A DNA stretch of 64,000 nucleotides from Chrysomallon squamiferum (Eukaryota; Animalia; Mollusca): contig CM022673.1 in assembly GCA_012295275.1 (NCBI GenBank), positions 20,274,001 through 20,338,000 of the forward strand, given 5' to 3'. The notes under the pieces were generated by a model that saw nothing but the letters and a program-made list of their open reading frames with translations, was not told where the DNA came from and ran no database searches. Shown in pieces: positions 41,689-55,282 of this stretch; positions within the stretch are counted from its first letter, which is position 1; each line of letters starts with the position of its first letter. The position numbers were made by a program, and so were the translations under genes.

Positions 41689-44079
41689 TGCATTTTTACG
41701 CGTTAGAAAATACACATGGTTTCGTTTCCGCCATCCCTCGTTTTCCCCATTCTCGTTATAAAAGTAACATCATATGAAAAAGCATATTCAAAATGACGTT
41801 TTCCTTTCATAAATCTAAAAACAAACTTGTTTCGGAACAAAAAAAACAAATAAACAGGTATTTAAAGTGAAAATTATTTTTCTTTCTGCAAAAGACACCC
41901 GATCAAGCATAATTCATGAAAAGAGCAATTTCTGCTTTTTCTAATAAAATAAACACGGAGATTATTCTGAACATATCACGGTGAAAATGCGGGAAGCCTT
42001 AAAAGACAGTCACTCGTTGGTCAGAAATGAATCAATCAATGTTCTCACTAAGCAAATTAATGGGAATGCGATGTGAAGGAAAGTATTAGAGATTACCTTA
42101 AACATAACTGAATGAAGTGCTGTATGACAGAAAAGAGTATTTATATATATATATAATTTTATTTAATTTTTGTTATTTATTTATGTATTTATTTATTTAT
42201 TTATTATTGTTTTGTTGTCGTTTACCTTATCTTGTTTAAAAAAGCATATATTAATAGTTTTTGTTCGAGGAAGTTGATGTTTGCTAATTCCAAGGGCGGT
42301 AATTTGTGATCACTGTGTTGATAATTTTATTTGCCTTTGACATTAGTCTGTTTCTAGTTTTAGTTTCACACACATATCATTTACCGTTATCTGTCTTACT
42401 CAAATCACAATCACACATACATGTACATATATTACCTGACACTGTATTAAAACAGTACACATAAGTGCACTGCCTTTCTGTAAAGTTACTTTGTTTTTGT
42501 TCATATCCTGGTATTTGGATTTTCTTGCTATCTAGTTATTTGGATTTTTTGGCAAAAAGAATGTGCAGTAACAATTTGTTTTCAGTCAGAACAGAGGCAA
42601 CCATGCTATCTCAATAACTTGTGTACGTATAAAACTATCATGTGACTGAAACAAGTCTTGTATTTTGCAAATATGCTAGAAAATAGAGCTGATCTATTTT
42701 TGTTAAAAGTTCATGACATTTGATTCATAACATTTTATTTTGTAAACTAACCAAATCCATGTACATTGATAATAAATAAATAAACAAAATTAAATTTTAA
42801 GCATCAGTTTTAAGTCTTTTAAAGAATTTTTGATACTTATTATTATTAATATTATTATTATTATTATTTTAAATATTTTCCTTAAATGACAGCAGTTCTT
42901 TCATAATAATAATAATAATAATAAAATAATAATAATAATAATAATAAAAGAAAGTGTATTACTTGACAATATTATTTTAAGAAGAAAGGTAAATGTAAGT
43001 TTTGTATTGTTCTGTTCACAGGACAGAAAAGTTGTATGGTCAGTTACAGACAACTGGTTTAACATACAGCAGCTAATGTCTAAAGATGGGTTAAACTGAA
43101 CTGTAAGTAAGTAAATGTTCAGTTTGTTCTTATTATTAATATTGACACACAAACAGAAGCATAAACATACACACGTACATATTTGAAATAAGAATTGTGA
43201 TTAACAGTAAACATACTAAAATTTAATATTATAAGTGTACAATTTACAGTACAAGACCGATACAAACTTAAATTTTCAAAGCTAGTCATAAGCTGGGTCG
43301 ATGTTTTGTTTTAAAACAAATTACTTTTCATTCTTGTTGTTTGTTTATTATAATTATTTCTTTAGCAGTTTTCAACCTTTACATTAAATATCTTACATCG
43401 ACTTAAAAAGCAAATTTCATATCTGTCTCTGATAATAGAAACAATAAATATCAAATAAAATTATTTTTTACCTTAGTTATCTTGTTTTCTTTGTTATTTA
43501 TTTATTTATTTATTGATTTATTGATTTATTTACATTTCAAAAAATGAAATAACAGGACTTACTGAACAGTTTATAAATGGAAATTATGGTGAATGTTTGT
43601 CATTTATTTAAAAAAGAAAAAAGTTTTATATTTTCAGTCACTGAATATTCTTAACTTCAGCTTCTTCAAATACTTAATAACTCTTTAGCAAGTATTATCA
43701 AAACTTGTAACCCCAGTTAGGTAACACTAATTTTCATCCGAAGATTTTGAAGCATAAATACATTTTTTTTTACTGATTTTGTCCTGACACAGTCTAGCAA
43801 TAAAAACGTTTGTTTCAACTGGAGCTGTGTGTTTACGTATATACATCTTCAATCTGTCAAGTTATTCATGCCCAGATATAATATAATGATACATTAAATA
43901 TATATAATATAATATGTAACACAAACATATTTTTTATAAATTCATATATTTTTATTATTATTATTTATTTACAGTCTTCACTGTTAACATTTTTCCATTT
44001 ACACAGTTAACTATTTGCCAGTAAGACCTTCGGGGATACGTAACTATTTACATCTATATTTGCCTCTATATGAATGCCC

Positions 44080-47000
44080 CCTAAGCACTTTAACTTTCTG
44101 GATAAAATGTGATGCAGCTGACTAAAACTAATAACCACTTAATAACCAAGGACCCCCTGGAGTCAATCCAGACCGCTATCCTGATACTGTATGTGGTTCG
44201 TCCGTGCCAGCCTGGCACACATGGTTGTCTGCTTATACCCCTCCTGACATTTAAATCAGAGAGTGGACAAGAGACAAGGTTCCAATCTGTAAATGCTGTA
44301 ATTAACACTAGCCCCCTCGTCAAAGTCATAGGTGCGCTGAGCAATTCCATTCGGCCTCGAAGGTGTTGCAGATTCCTCTGGCAGGCTCCCGGTGTTCCAT
44401 ACACCAGAGTGAGTCTATATCAATTCCATCTATCCATTTACCTCATGGAAACACCTTGTCCCCACCCAAAACCAACAGTTCCACTGAGCCCAGCATTGCT
44501 TCCAGATACAATGTATTTCTTTTACGTGACAAGTGCACCCAATCAGTCAAGAAGAGCTCCAGATCTCCAACTCTCATTGCAGGGTGCCCAGTTACTGCTC
44601 CTCCTTCTGCAAGGATCAGTGATTTCACTGCCCCATTCGCCGTTTCCTCAGCCTTGTCTACCTGCTTTGGGTGTTTAGATCAAGGTGAGGCAGCATGTTC
44701 AACAATATGATCCTCACACAGGGGAGGAGCGTTCAGTCGCAGGACCGAGCAAGTGACGTTCTGAATCAGAACCTTGTTTTTCATTGTCACCATGTCATTC
44801 GATCACAGCTGTAAAATGACAGTATTAGGTGGGGCTGGTGTTTCAACTTATCTAAAATAAAACTGTCTAGCTGGGACTATCGCTTTCCCCTGTTACCATA
44901 TCATTTTACCTTGATACCAGCCCACATCAAACCTAGGTTGCTTCTATCTGGCCTTGCCTGTCCTGGATTCCTGCCCACTGGACCACAGAAGATCCTGTTA
45001 TGCATATTTCATGCCTCCCTTGGGTAACCCTGATGGTGTGACATGGTTTAGTAACTCCTTGTTGCATTAATCATCCATCTAATAAAGTCTGGCCTGGTTT
45101 TAGTGCTTGGGAGGCACAATTCATGGACGCAGTTAGTGATTGCAATCTTTTTTCTTTTCTTGCGAGTAAGCTCCATACGCTGCCTTAATCCTACCTATTT
45201 CTTCAGATGTAGGCGCAATATTGTATCTATTTCTATACCGAAAAATATTTGAACCGTGCTCGGTCCCACAGTTTTCTCCTCTGCAACTGGAACCCCAAAC
45301 TTGCAACATAATGTCTGAAAACTTCCTATTGCCTTGTGACATTCATTTGACCCTGCCCTGCCCCTAAAATGAAAATCATCCAGGTAATGCAGCACAACCG
45401 GCCAGTCATGCACATACTGCCTCTCAGCTTCCCACTGAATAAGAGTAGAACACTTTTCAAACTGACTGATTCATTCATGGATAAACTCTTGTCATAGTAG
45501 TACAGATCATCCATTTTATACCCTAACAAATTGAAATCTCCTAGAAATAGTGGTAGTAGCCTTAATGCTGATTTTATATCAGCTTTTCCTAACAGGGCTC
45601 TCTCATCTACCGTCTACAGAACACACACTTGGATCAATGTGATTATTTACCAAATTTAGATTTGGTTAGGAAAGATGGTGAATAACTCTGAAGTCTCCAT
45701 TTTATGATACCAATCCTGGGGGATATTCTGAGGGTTTTAAATGGGCATTCTGTAAATTGTCCTCCCGGCCTCCCAAACAGTATCTCTTTACTTTTTTCTT
45801 TATTTTTCTTTTTTATTTATTTATTTATTTTTTAATTTTCAATTTTATTTTATTTTATTTATTTATTTTTTTTTAATCTCTGGACCCTGTGTTACACTTT
45901 TTCAATTGTTTGCATCTGCCTGCTGCTACTCTAGATTCCCGATACTGTAGTCTAAATATCTTAGTAAAACCTTTAATTATTTCCTGTGCTGCTAGTTCCG
46001 ACGTCCGCAATTTCCGCATTTGGCAAGTGTACATTTTCCCAGCATTAACTAACGCCACCCCCATCTCAGCTTGTATGAAACAGTATGTGCTGTCTGTGGG
46101 TAGGTGTAAATGAAACATCACTTTCTAGACTGCATGAAAGAACTGGTGAACTGGCGCCCAGAACTTTTCTGGCCTACTCCAGCTTGCCTCCTATACCTTA
46201 TTCCCGACATGCACAACAATAACCAGAGATCATTGTCTATTACCTACCATGAGTTTTCTTGGTGTCTAGCATTCTTTTTATTCTGACATGGTCATATACT
46301 GCTTCTGTTGGCTAACATCCTAATATCCCTTAAATATTTTAACACACTCATAAAAATCATAAATCACGAACTGCCCTTATCCTTTTTTCGGACCTCTAGT
46401 TCGTCCCCCCCTCTTCTACACAAGTTCACCTAAGCCACCTTGACTGCTTCTGTTTCATGTTCATTATTCAATACTATGGATAACTCAACATATTTCCTTT
46501 CCCAAATTTTCAGGTACATTGATCCCTATCCCGTCAAACGTACTGACAATTTGAAAAGGTAGTCGAGGTAAAATATCGATATACCCAATTTCAAAATTAC
46601 TAGTAGTATCTGACTTACCGTTTTCCATTGTTCTGTCTTGCGGGCACCAAACGGAATGAGAGGAGCTGGTCGATCAGTCATGTCGTTCCCTTCTGGAACT
46701 ACCGTGGTATCGACCATGGCCCTTCACTGTTCAGGCGGCTCTGTCGACAAAATACAAGATGTGTGGTCCTATGCTTTCGTCTTCCTCGAGTTGTCTGGAC
46801 AGACACTTTCCTCTTTTGATTTCTAGGAACGGTCTGTATTTTTTTTTAAATAAAAAAGGCTGGCTTCCAATGGATAGTTTATCGAGCAGTTGCTGTAATG
46901 ACGCTTGAATGGAAGAGACCGACTTGTGTCAGGCAGTCAGTAAAACAGTTAATGTGATAATCAGGGCAAGCTGTAGTAAAGAATGTCTGGGTCAGGCACT

Positions 47001-47125
47001 CTCTCTCACAAGCGAGGTGGTGTGTATGTCGCAGCTCTAATATTATGTTGGGCCAGTCAACTAGAGTTAATTCCATTTGGCCGCAAACCCCCCAACCGTT
47101 TACTAGTAACCACACAATTAGCTGT
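44080..47125 (-). mobile_element. Degenerate Ngaro/DIRS-like (tyrosine-recombinase class) retrotransposon: gag-like, RT and SGNH hydrolase remnants
   Basis: RT motifs AQEIIKGF..IFRLQY, LLGKADIKSA.RLLP, HYLDDF and GVPVAEEKTVGPST...FFGIEIDT. SGNH motifs ITGSSVVQWA...NLGL, VILQL*SND and LFLTDWVHLS. Many stops; no recombinase recognised. Confidence 0.8.
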
Positions 47126-47992
47126 ATGTTCTTGGCATTAAATTGGATTATTAGGTGTTACTTATAATCTGTATTATATTTACTTTAGACTAATTTTCAT
47201 TCAGTAAACTATTAAACCATTTAAAAACATTTACATTTACATTTAAGTGAAGATATATTTGTTCAAACACAATCACAATTACTGTAGAATAACTAAACGA
47301 AATAACTTTAGAACATTTTTTCTTTCTTCAAATTTATGAATGAGAAACCGTTTTTCAAAAATAAATAGTAAATAAAGAAAGTCTGTGTCAGTATGATAAT
47401 GGCTGCACTATTTATAGATGTTACTACTTGTTGGTAGTTTGTCGAGATGAAGTTTCAAACACAGCAAACAGGAAATGTCTGTACATTAAATGTCTGAAGT
47501 GATCAAGATTTGGAATGAAAATTTAGAAGATTCCTGAAAATTGAAGTCTACAAATTCTCAAAGTATGTTTATACAGACACAATAGAGAAGAATGATTACA
47601 ATATTTATTTAACAAATATAACAGTCACCCTCATTTGAACTATTAATATGTTCATACTGATTTATTCCAAAAATCTAACACTAAAAACACATTCCACAGT
47701 ATGGAGCTGCAGAGTTTCTAAAATAGTTTAAGAAATCTATTTCAGAGAGAAAATGTTACTTTGAGTCTCTAGATTACATCTGTAGTTAAATAATCCAGTG
47801 ATAAGTAAACATTCAACTGCCTTCAGCACCCACTCATTTCTCGAGTTAAAAGTTGTATTTGTTAAAAGTTCAACTGAAGTCATTCCCAGTTCTAAGTTGA
47901 TTCCACTTCCAATGTATCTAAAATGCTGACTGATATCCCAAATGTGCTCCAGTGGATTCAAAACTGGACTCATGAATGCCAAGGCTGAAGAG

Positions 47993-50578
47993 CAGTGCTG
48001 CCCAACGTCCGGCCCACGAAGCCTTAGAATCCGGCCCGCTAGTCGGTCTTCAATTTATTCCTTAACATTAACGCAGACGCTTACTACTGTTATTTTTCTT
48101 CGATGATGATTGGCTACTAAATCAATAGTTTTCAGTTTGAAGAATGGAGTAGCGTTATGTCTAAAAATAGAGTGTTTGCTGACATCGAAAAATTGATAAA
48201 AAGTGAAGTATCACAGAGTGTACGATTGATTGATTCGGTCGTCCATTCAAAAGCCTGAGAGCGCTCACCTCAGCCAGTTGAAGACGGACTGCTGGCAAAT
48301 TACCATAGATATTTCAATAGAAAAAGCTGAACTTTTTACCGTTTCTTATTGAAATATCTATGGCATTTTACACCGGGGCGCGCACGCCACAATAATCTAT
48401 CGTGGTTGAAGGTGTCGTTTTTTTAGGAATAATATCACGTGACTTTTCCGCATCAATAAAACTGGCATTTGAGGTGGTATAATTTCAAATTTACTCAGGC
48501 ACAACTTTTGATACGGAAGCCTTCTTATACCGATGAGCAAATTACAGTAGTTTCTTTTTCACAATAAATTTCAAATTTTGTTCATCCATGGCGTCGGCTA
48601 GAAAAATCAGAAAAGTAGACAAGGAGGACCGCAGGTTTAACGAGGCGTGGACAAATTTGTATTTCTTCGTGGAATCAAATGCAAAATGTCTCTGTCTGAT
48701 CTTTGGTGAAACAGTCGCAGTTCCAAAAACGGCATTACACATTAAAGCACGCTTCGACCGTAATCATTATGAAGGAGATCAACACAAGGGGAAAGCACTT
48801 TAACTTCAAAGGAATTTAGTCTCGCAACAGAATATTTTTCGGAAAATAGACGATGGATCGAAAAAATACGCCAAAGTAAGTTTCGTCATTGCTGAAAAGA
48901 TTGCACGCAACATGAAACCTTTTTCGGAAGGAGACTTTGTCAAAGAATGTATCACCTCGGCGAATGAAATTCTGTGCCCAGAGAAAGAGAAAGCTATAAA
49001 ATGTGTTAGCTTGTCGCATAATACAATAACCCGAAGGATGGAAGAACTGCCCGAAAATACGAAAATGCAGTTGAACGAACTTTGTAAAAACTTCGAACGA
49101 ATCTACTGACATGACTGATACACCACAACTGGCGATTTTCGTGAGAGATGTTGATTCACGTTTTAATATCACTGAAGAATTACTCGTTCTATGTCCCATG
49201 AAAGGAAAGTTCACAGGTGCTGTTTTCAAAGAAATCGATACTGCACTCGAAAAGGCGGGACTGACTTACGATCGCCTGGTTAGAATTGCTACCGATGGTG
49301 CACCGGCCATGATCGGCAAGGAACAAGGTTTGCGTGGTTTCATCCAAAGAAAACTGGAATCCCTGAATGTGAGTAAAGACCAAATATTGTGGTACCATTG
49401 CATTATACATCAGGAATCACTTTGCTCCAAAATCATTAAGTTTGATCTCGACATGGATAATGTCGTGGAAGCTGTCAACTTCATTCGGTGTCGTGCATTA
49501 AATCATTGACAGTTTCGAAATTTTCTCGATGAGATAAACGCCGAATTTTCTGGCATTCCTTACTTTACCGAGATCAGGTGGCTCAGCCATGGACGTACTT
49601 TGAAACGCTTTTACGATATTCGAGAACACGTGGCAGCATTTTTTGAAGCAAAACTTTCGTTGCCTTCAGGAACAGTCGCACATTTCAGCCATAAACCGGG
49701 AATTCTTTGTGAGCGAGTTAAAACGGATGCAGGAAGAATTTGCCAGGAGATTTAAGGAGTTCCGTGCTTGTGAAGACCAGCTGAAAACTTTTTCAGTGCC
49801 TTTTGACGTGGATCCTGCTGATGCCTCCGTTGAGCTTCAAATGAAATTGAATGAATTACAAAGTGACTGTCAAGAGTCAGTTTTTAAATAGGAATCTGAT
49901 GGACTTCTACAAATACGGTCTGCCTCACACTCAATATCCAAATCTTACTTGCTACTAAAAACGTTTTCTCGTTTTGTTCGGTTCGGCATGCAATTAGTAA
50001 AATCGAACAAAAGAAATTCTTTGAGTGATGGTCATCTCGAAGATGGACTCCGACTGGCTTTAACAAATATTCCGGCAGACATTGAAAACCTTCTTGATGA
50101 CTCGAAACAATTTCAAGTTTCTCACTGATATTTTCGTTCATTACCGGTATACATCTAAATAAAATAGTTTTATTATTGAAATACAAAGCCATTTATTTGA
50201 ACAAATGTTTTTTTTTTTAATCTTGATCAATTGTTAAATTTGTTTTATAGAATGTAAGGTTCTAAATCAAAATTTTTAATGGTCATTTCGTATTCATGTA
50301 ATATCTGGAGACTATAATTTTTTGATAGCAGTGAAGAAGTAATAGAAATAGTATCATATGTAGGACCCCTATGTATAAATTGAGTTATGAATTATAATTG
50401 TATAATGGATAATTTCTATAAATAGAATAATAGAATCAATGTTTTCAGTTCTGAATACTTTATCAAACCATTTCAAGTAGCTGTATTAAAAAATGAAAGG
50501 CTAGAAATGTGAGTCCGGCCCACTGGCATCGTTTTTTCTTAAATCCGGCTCATGTTCGGAAAAGGTTGGGCAGCACTG
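47993..50578 (+). mobile_element. hAT DNA transposon (Charlie/SPIN/Buster-type), both ends intact
   Basis: 14-bp perfect TIRs cagtgctgcccaac / gttgggcagcactg; perfect 8-bp TSD ctgaagag at 47985-47992 and 50579-50586; subterminal tccggcc repeats. Confidence 0.95.
48588..50130 (+). pseudogene. Frameshifted hAT transposase (GTF2IRD2/Charlie-like)
   Basis: RRFNEAWTNLYFFVE..KCLCLI, KPFSEGDFVKEC, VSLSHNTITRR, TDTPQLAIFVR, IATDGAPAMIG, HCIIHQESLC and RWLS, spread over several frames with deletions. Confidence 0.9.
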
Positions 50579-50749
50579 CTGAAGAGTTATAGTATTGGTT
50601 TTGATGTAGAGTGCTGGAGGTCACTAATGAACTGATTACTGTAACCGTAGTCAAGCTGATGTGTGTAGGTTTGAATGTATCTAAATAAAACTATTCTGAT
50701 ATTATTTATACATTAATATTGTTTATGTGACATAATTTACTAAGCCGAG

Positions 50750-50965
50750 CAGTATTGTTCATATAACTTAGTAAAAGTATTTGTATGTTATATTTATATT
50801 TGTATTGTTTATATAACTTAGTAAAACTGTTTGTGTTATATTTATATTTGCATTGTTTATATAACTTAGTAAAACTGTTTGTATGTTATATTTATTTTCG
50901 TATTGTTTATATAACTTAGTAAAACTATTTATATTTATAAACTTGTATTATTTATATAATTTAGT
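50750..50965. repeat. ~47-bp minisatellite (about 5 units)
   Basis: tattgtttatataacttagtaaaactgtttgtatgttatatttatatttg repeated. Confidence 0.9.
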
Positions 50966-51469
50966 AATAGGATTGAGAAAACTAAGAGAGGAATTGATTC
51001 TAATACTTTTTATATGATGCCTGACATGAATCTGAATCCTGAAATATCTGAGCTGATCCAGCTGAGACAGTGCACGGATTTAGTCATTTACAGTGATTTC
51101 TGTTCTGTTGATTTTTGCCATGTATATTTGTAATGTATAAAAGAAAAAAAAAGGAGTAAATCCAAAACAAAATAATTAATTAGAACTACGTTTTTACATA
51201 ACAGTATTGTGAAATAGTGCTTTCATGAGAATTTTTAAATAACATAATCTAACAGCTCAAATTAAAAAAGTATTTATTAAAACCTTTTTCAATTGATTAC
51301 GTTTGAAAAATGTTCGAAGCATATATTTGTAGAACAAAAGTTGAGAATACAGTCTATAAGTGTTAATACAAGGTACTAAATGTAGGTCTCTAGTAAGTGT
51401 GCAAGGTGGTAAGTATTTGGATCAATTCCTTCTAATGGAATCTTGAACTGTTTTGATTTTAGCAGTGCT

Positions 51470-51670
51470 TATCAGCTGATGAATGAAATAGTGTGTACTG
51501 TCTGTGGGTAGGTGTAAATGAAACATCACTTGTTGTTAATAAGAAAGAGTAGACTGTGAAGTGACTGCGGTGGGTTTCTTCTTTTGTTATCTGACTGTTC
51601 CTAAATCTTATGTATGATCCCATATAACAGTAAATAAAATAAGTAAATAAAACATTTCGTTTCTTCCTTC
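51470..51670 (-). mobile_element. Interspersed SINE-like repeat fragment
   Basis: The core ctgtctgtggg(g)taggtgtaaatgaaacatcactt also occurs at ~46090-46124, inside the Ngaro-like remnant. Confidence 0.5.
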
Positions 51671-51709
51671 TACATAAAAAATAATTATATATTTTACAGC
51701 TCAACCAAT

Positions 51710-51821
51710 ATGGATAAAATATTTAAGTATTCAGGACGTCCTTCATTTCTTTCTCGCCTGGATAAACAAGTTAAAGAAGATGCAAAACGTCGCGTACTAC
51801 AACCTGCGTCAAGGAGTTCTG
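51710..51821 (+). CDS. First coding exon of the STAND-ankyrin gene (MDKIFKYSGRPSFLSRLDKQVKEDAKRRVLQPASRSS)
   Basis: Acceptor ttttacag ends at 51699, ATG at 51710, 37 open codons + 1 nt, donor g|gtaata. Phase 1, compatible with the downstream exons. Confidence 0.6.
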
Positions 51822-52422
51822 GTAATACACACAGTATTTCAATATACTGCTTACTTTTTTGATAGGAAATTGTAAACATTCAAAGTTATTTGTATATTTG
51901 TAATAACAGAATATTTCAATATATTGTTTACTTTATTGATACACTTGTTTCAATATATTATTTAGTTCCATCGTAGTCATTCGTAAACACAAGTCACTGT
52001 TTCATTACTTCATCGTGATTATAATTATAATTATAATTAGCCTTGTATTTACTGTTACACATTTTAATACTGTAAAGTAAGGCTTATTTCATAGCACCTG
52101 CACATAATCAGTCAAAACATTTTAAAATCATATATTGTGATATGCAATAATACTTTTAATAGATTGTATTAATACTGTATCCTGTCCTTAAAAATGTATT
52201 CACTCTGTTTCACAAATAGTCAAATAATACTTGTACAACCAACAGTAAACATACATCACTGTGAAAAATGTTCAGTTAGGAGTCGAAAACAATTTAATTG
52301 GTAAATTGAAAACTGAAAATGTTCAGTTTCTGTACATGTTTAATATATAATATAATACACATTAGTGCTTTTCTGTCTCACTGTGATCTGAACAACATGC
52401 ACACGTGACCCACTTTCGTTAA

Positions 52423-53383
52423 AGGAGACGAGTCCAAATTCTGAGATATGAATATATTTAGCATTCACATGAAATATCCTTTCCAATATATGATGCATGT
52501 ATCTTTGAAGTTGTAGCAGTTTCTGATACTGATGTCACCAAGTCATCACAAGAAACACATTTGTCAAAAATCCCGTGTAAACATTTATAAGTAGCCTCCA
52601 ACAGAAAACCCAACCAATAACTTGCTGAAACGTTCACGAATTTTATATCATAAAATTAAAAAAACTCTTAGTAATGGGTTAAAAAATTGTAATTCTTAAA
52701 CATGTTATGAAATATTGCACTTCAGTATAGTAATAAAATTGATACTTCTAGTAAGTATTTCGTCTAAAGGCTGTTTTTAATCTGTCTTTGACCATGCCTT
52801 TTAGTATTTGGACACACACATTTATTGTAAATTTGATGGACATTCTGTCCTGTTCTGGTGCCCATAATCTTACTGGATGTAACCTAAAAGAGCAGTGAAC
52901 TACACAAGTAAAACCGAATTACCAGACAAGCTCACTCAGTAATTATTCAGAAGTCATTCTACTGCAGTGCTGACCTTCTAGCAACTACATGAGAAAACTA
53001 CTTATTTTTCTTTAAATCAAACACTGACTAAAATTCTTGACACCCATTAATGTTGCCCAAAATACAAAGCCCACTTGCCATATGTGACTTGTATCAACCA
53101 ATAACCAATACACTATCCAAGGATTCTGTTATCTGTTATTCTCTGCGATTAGAAATGTTTTTACTCACGTTTGTTTTTAGACACTGCTTCTAAAATCATC
53201 ATTTTAAGTATCTTATCATGTGAATATCCATGTTTTAACATTTTGAATTAAAATCTACGTACTGATGCAGTGATCTCATTTTTTATATTTTATACATTTT
53301 TTTTTTTTTTTTTTTTTGGTTATCTTATCTCACTGTTCTACAAAGTCAGTTGTTCATAATCAGGTCATAATGATATGTCTCCT
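52423..53383. mobile_element. Non-autonomous TTAA-flanked TIR element (Kolobok-type MITE candidate)
   Basis: ttaa|aggagac ... gtctcct|ttag; AGG/CCT termini; no ORF. Confidence 0.45.
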
Positions 53384-53526
53384 TTAGCAATAGCTGGTGA
53401 CGTATGCAAAAACATGCACACATAAACACACAAACATACATTTTTGATACATGTAGCTACATACAGTTTTAGAAATAACACTTGTAGATTGTGAATTTAA
53501 ATAATTTATTTTTCTATTTGCCGCAG

Positions 53527-53583
53527 CACAAACAGTGGTAGAACATAATGTAAATATTAGAACAGATAAAAAAAATCTATCAA
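53527..53583 (+). CDS. Possible 57-nt symmetric (phase 1-1) exon of the STAND-ankyrin gene
   Basis: Acceptor tttttctatttgccgcag; open frame AQTVVEHNVNIRTDKKNLS; weak donor a|gtaaag. Confidence 0.3.
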
Positions 53584-54712
53584 GTAAAGAAATACTGTAT
53601 CAGGAGACGAAGCTGTGGAAACTGAAGCATACTTTATAGATAACAGAACTATGTCAAATTAATCGCTATAGTATATGACCAACACAAGCGAACATAGACA
53701 AAATACATAAATACATACATATGTACATGTCTACAAACCACCAAGGGCGCACAATTTGTGCGAACGACTGTTTAGTTTACATGAGGGTTGTCCAAAACCA
53801 TCCTTGCTTGGCTCATTTTCTTTCACGCACATTTTTTTGCTATGCTGAATGACAGTTTACTCATGGTTAAAATTAAACTGCCATTCACCAAACCAACAAC
53901 GTTGGCCTGAGTTCTATTAGGAGACAACAACAATTTAATTAGTATGTTGAAAATTGAAAGTGCTCTTTTGCCTGCCTGTTTAACAGATAACAGAATGCAC
54001 ATCACAGTACTCATTAGTACTTTTCTACGAGACACTCTAATCTGAACAACGTTCACACAGACACAAACATAGACATACACCCAGATACATACACCCAGAG
54101 ATGCAGAGATTTAATGTAAAGATTGTACAGCTTTTTTAAAACATACTGTTTTATTCAATAATGCTAACAAATGACAGATTTTATTCAAACTGTGCAGTAG
54201 ATGCTCTACATATGGATCCGACAAATAATAGTTGTAAGTTGTGAAATTGAAAAATTTGAACCTGAAGCATTCAGATTAGAACAGTCCCATATGGAAAATG
54301 TCATAACAGATGTTAATGCTGCCAAACAGAAATTTAAAAATTCCCAAGTTTGTGAGAGCTTGTACAATTTGAAGAAATTGAAGTCATGGACTACCTAGCA
54401 GTGCTTATAATTTGTAACTGTTTGAAGTTTATGATTTGAGTACAAATGTTTCTTAAATAATAATAATAATAACAAATGTTATTGCCAGCGCGGTTTTGTT
54501 AGCGCACTTTTGTCTTATGCGCTCAAATATACATACAAGAACACACGAACACACAGACACACATCACATCACACACACACACAGACACACGCCCAAATTG
54601 TAAGTATCAACACTCTTACCTAGATTTTGTTATTAAGATAATTCAGCATAAATTAAACAAGCCAATATATCTGTCAATATATCGGTCATTATTAAAATAC
54701 AGTACGAAGAAC

Positions 54713-54751
<39 letters not shown>

Positions 54752-54975
54752 TGAACAATAACAATAACTAAGTAACAGTAGTGAGAAAAAAATCCAGTAG
54801 TTTTAATAATAGTAAATAAATAATTATAGTAAAATAGATAAAGATATAATAATAATGTTATATGGTGACTGTTCCATGAATAAAGTACAGAGTAACTGTA
54901 CAGATCACTTTAATCGTTCTCTTTTACTCATCATCAGTAATATAAACTTACTTATTTTATTTTATATTTTTTCAG

Positions 54976-55008
54976 CAAAGACTGATGGACGAGCACCCAA
55001 AATCAAAG
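54976..55008 (+). CDS. 33-nt symmetric micro-exon of the STAND-ankyrin gene (AKTDGRAPKIK)
   Basis: Polypyrimidine acceptor tttttcag, donor aag|gtattt. Phase 1-1, in frame with 55283. Confidence 0.6.
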
Positions 55009-55282
55009 GTATTTCTTGTTTTGTTTCTTTCTTTTTGTATTTACTTCTGAAAGATGTCAATTTATAAGAAGATAATTATCACGTTACTTTTGCATTTAAA
55101 ATTGTTACATCTTAATGATGTCATTAAATTCTGATGAACTAAAATTATGACAAAAACTGCTGTTTTATTTTAAAAACTTCATATCTGATGAGTAGTTAAA
55201 AATTATATTATTTATATTTAAATAGTAAAATATATTTAAAATATGTTATAATAGATGTCAATTTTTTAATTTTGTGTTACAG

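Larger units (their letters stand above)
47925..50680 (-). mobile_element. Tc1/mariner transposase remnant split by the hAT insertion
   Basis: Removing the hAT element joins ...QPW/..MSPVLNPLEHIWD, matching the Tc1 WPxxSPDLNPIEHxWD motif with a frameshift. Confidence 0.55.

Noticed and set aside
44090-44710. Plus-strand ORFs of 189 and 115 aa and a minus-strand ORF of 104 aa
   Set aside because: Lie within the GC-richer retroelement remnant; the recognisable motifs are in another, minus-strand frame.
54170-54398. Possible death-domain-like exon (QTVQ*MLYIWIRQ) as a missing effector domain
   Set aside because: In-frame stop, no convincing in-phase splice sites, and the similarity is too short.
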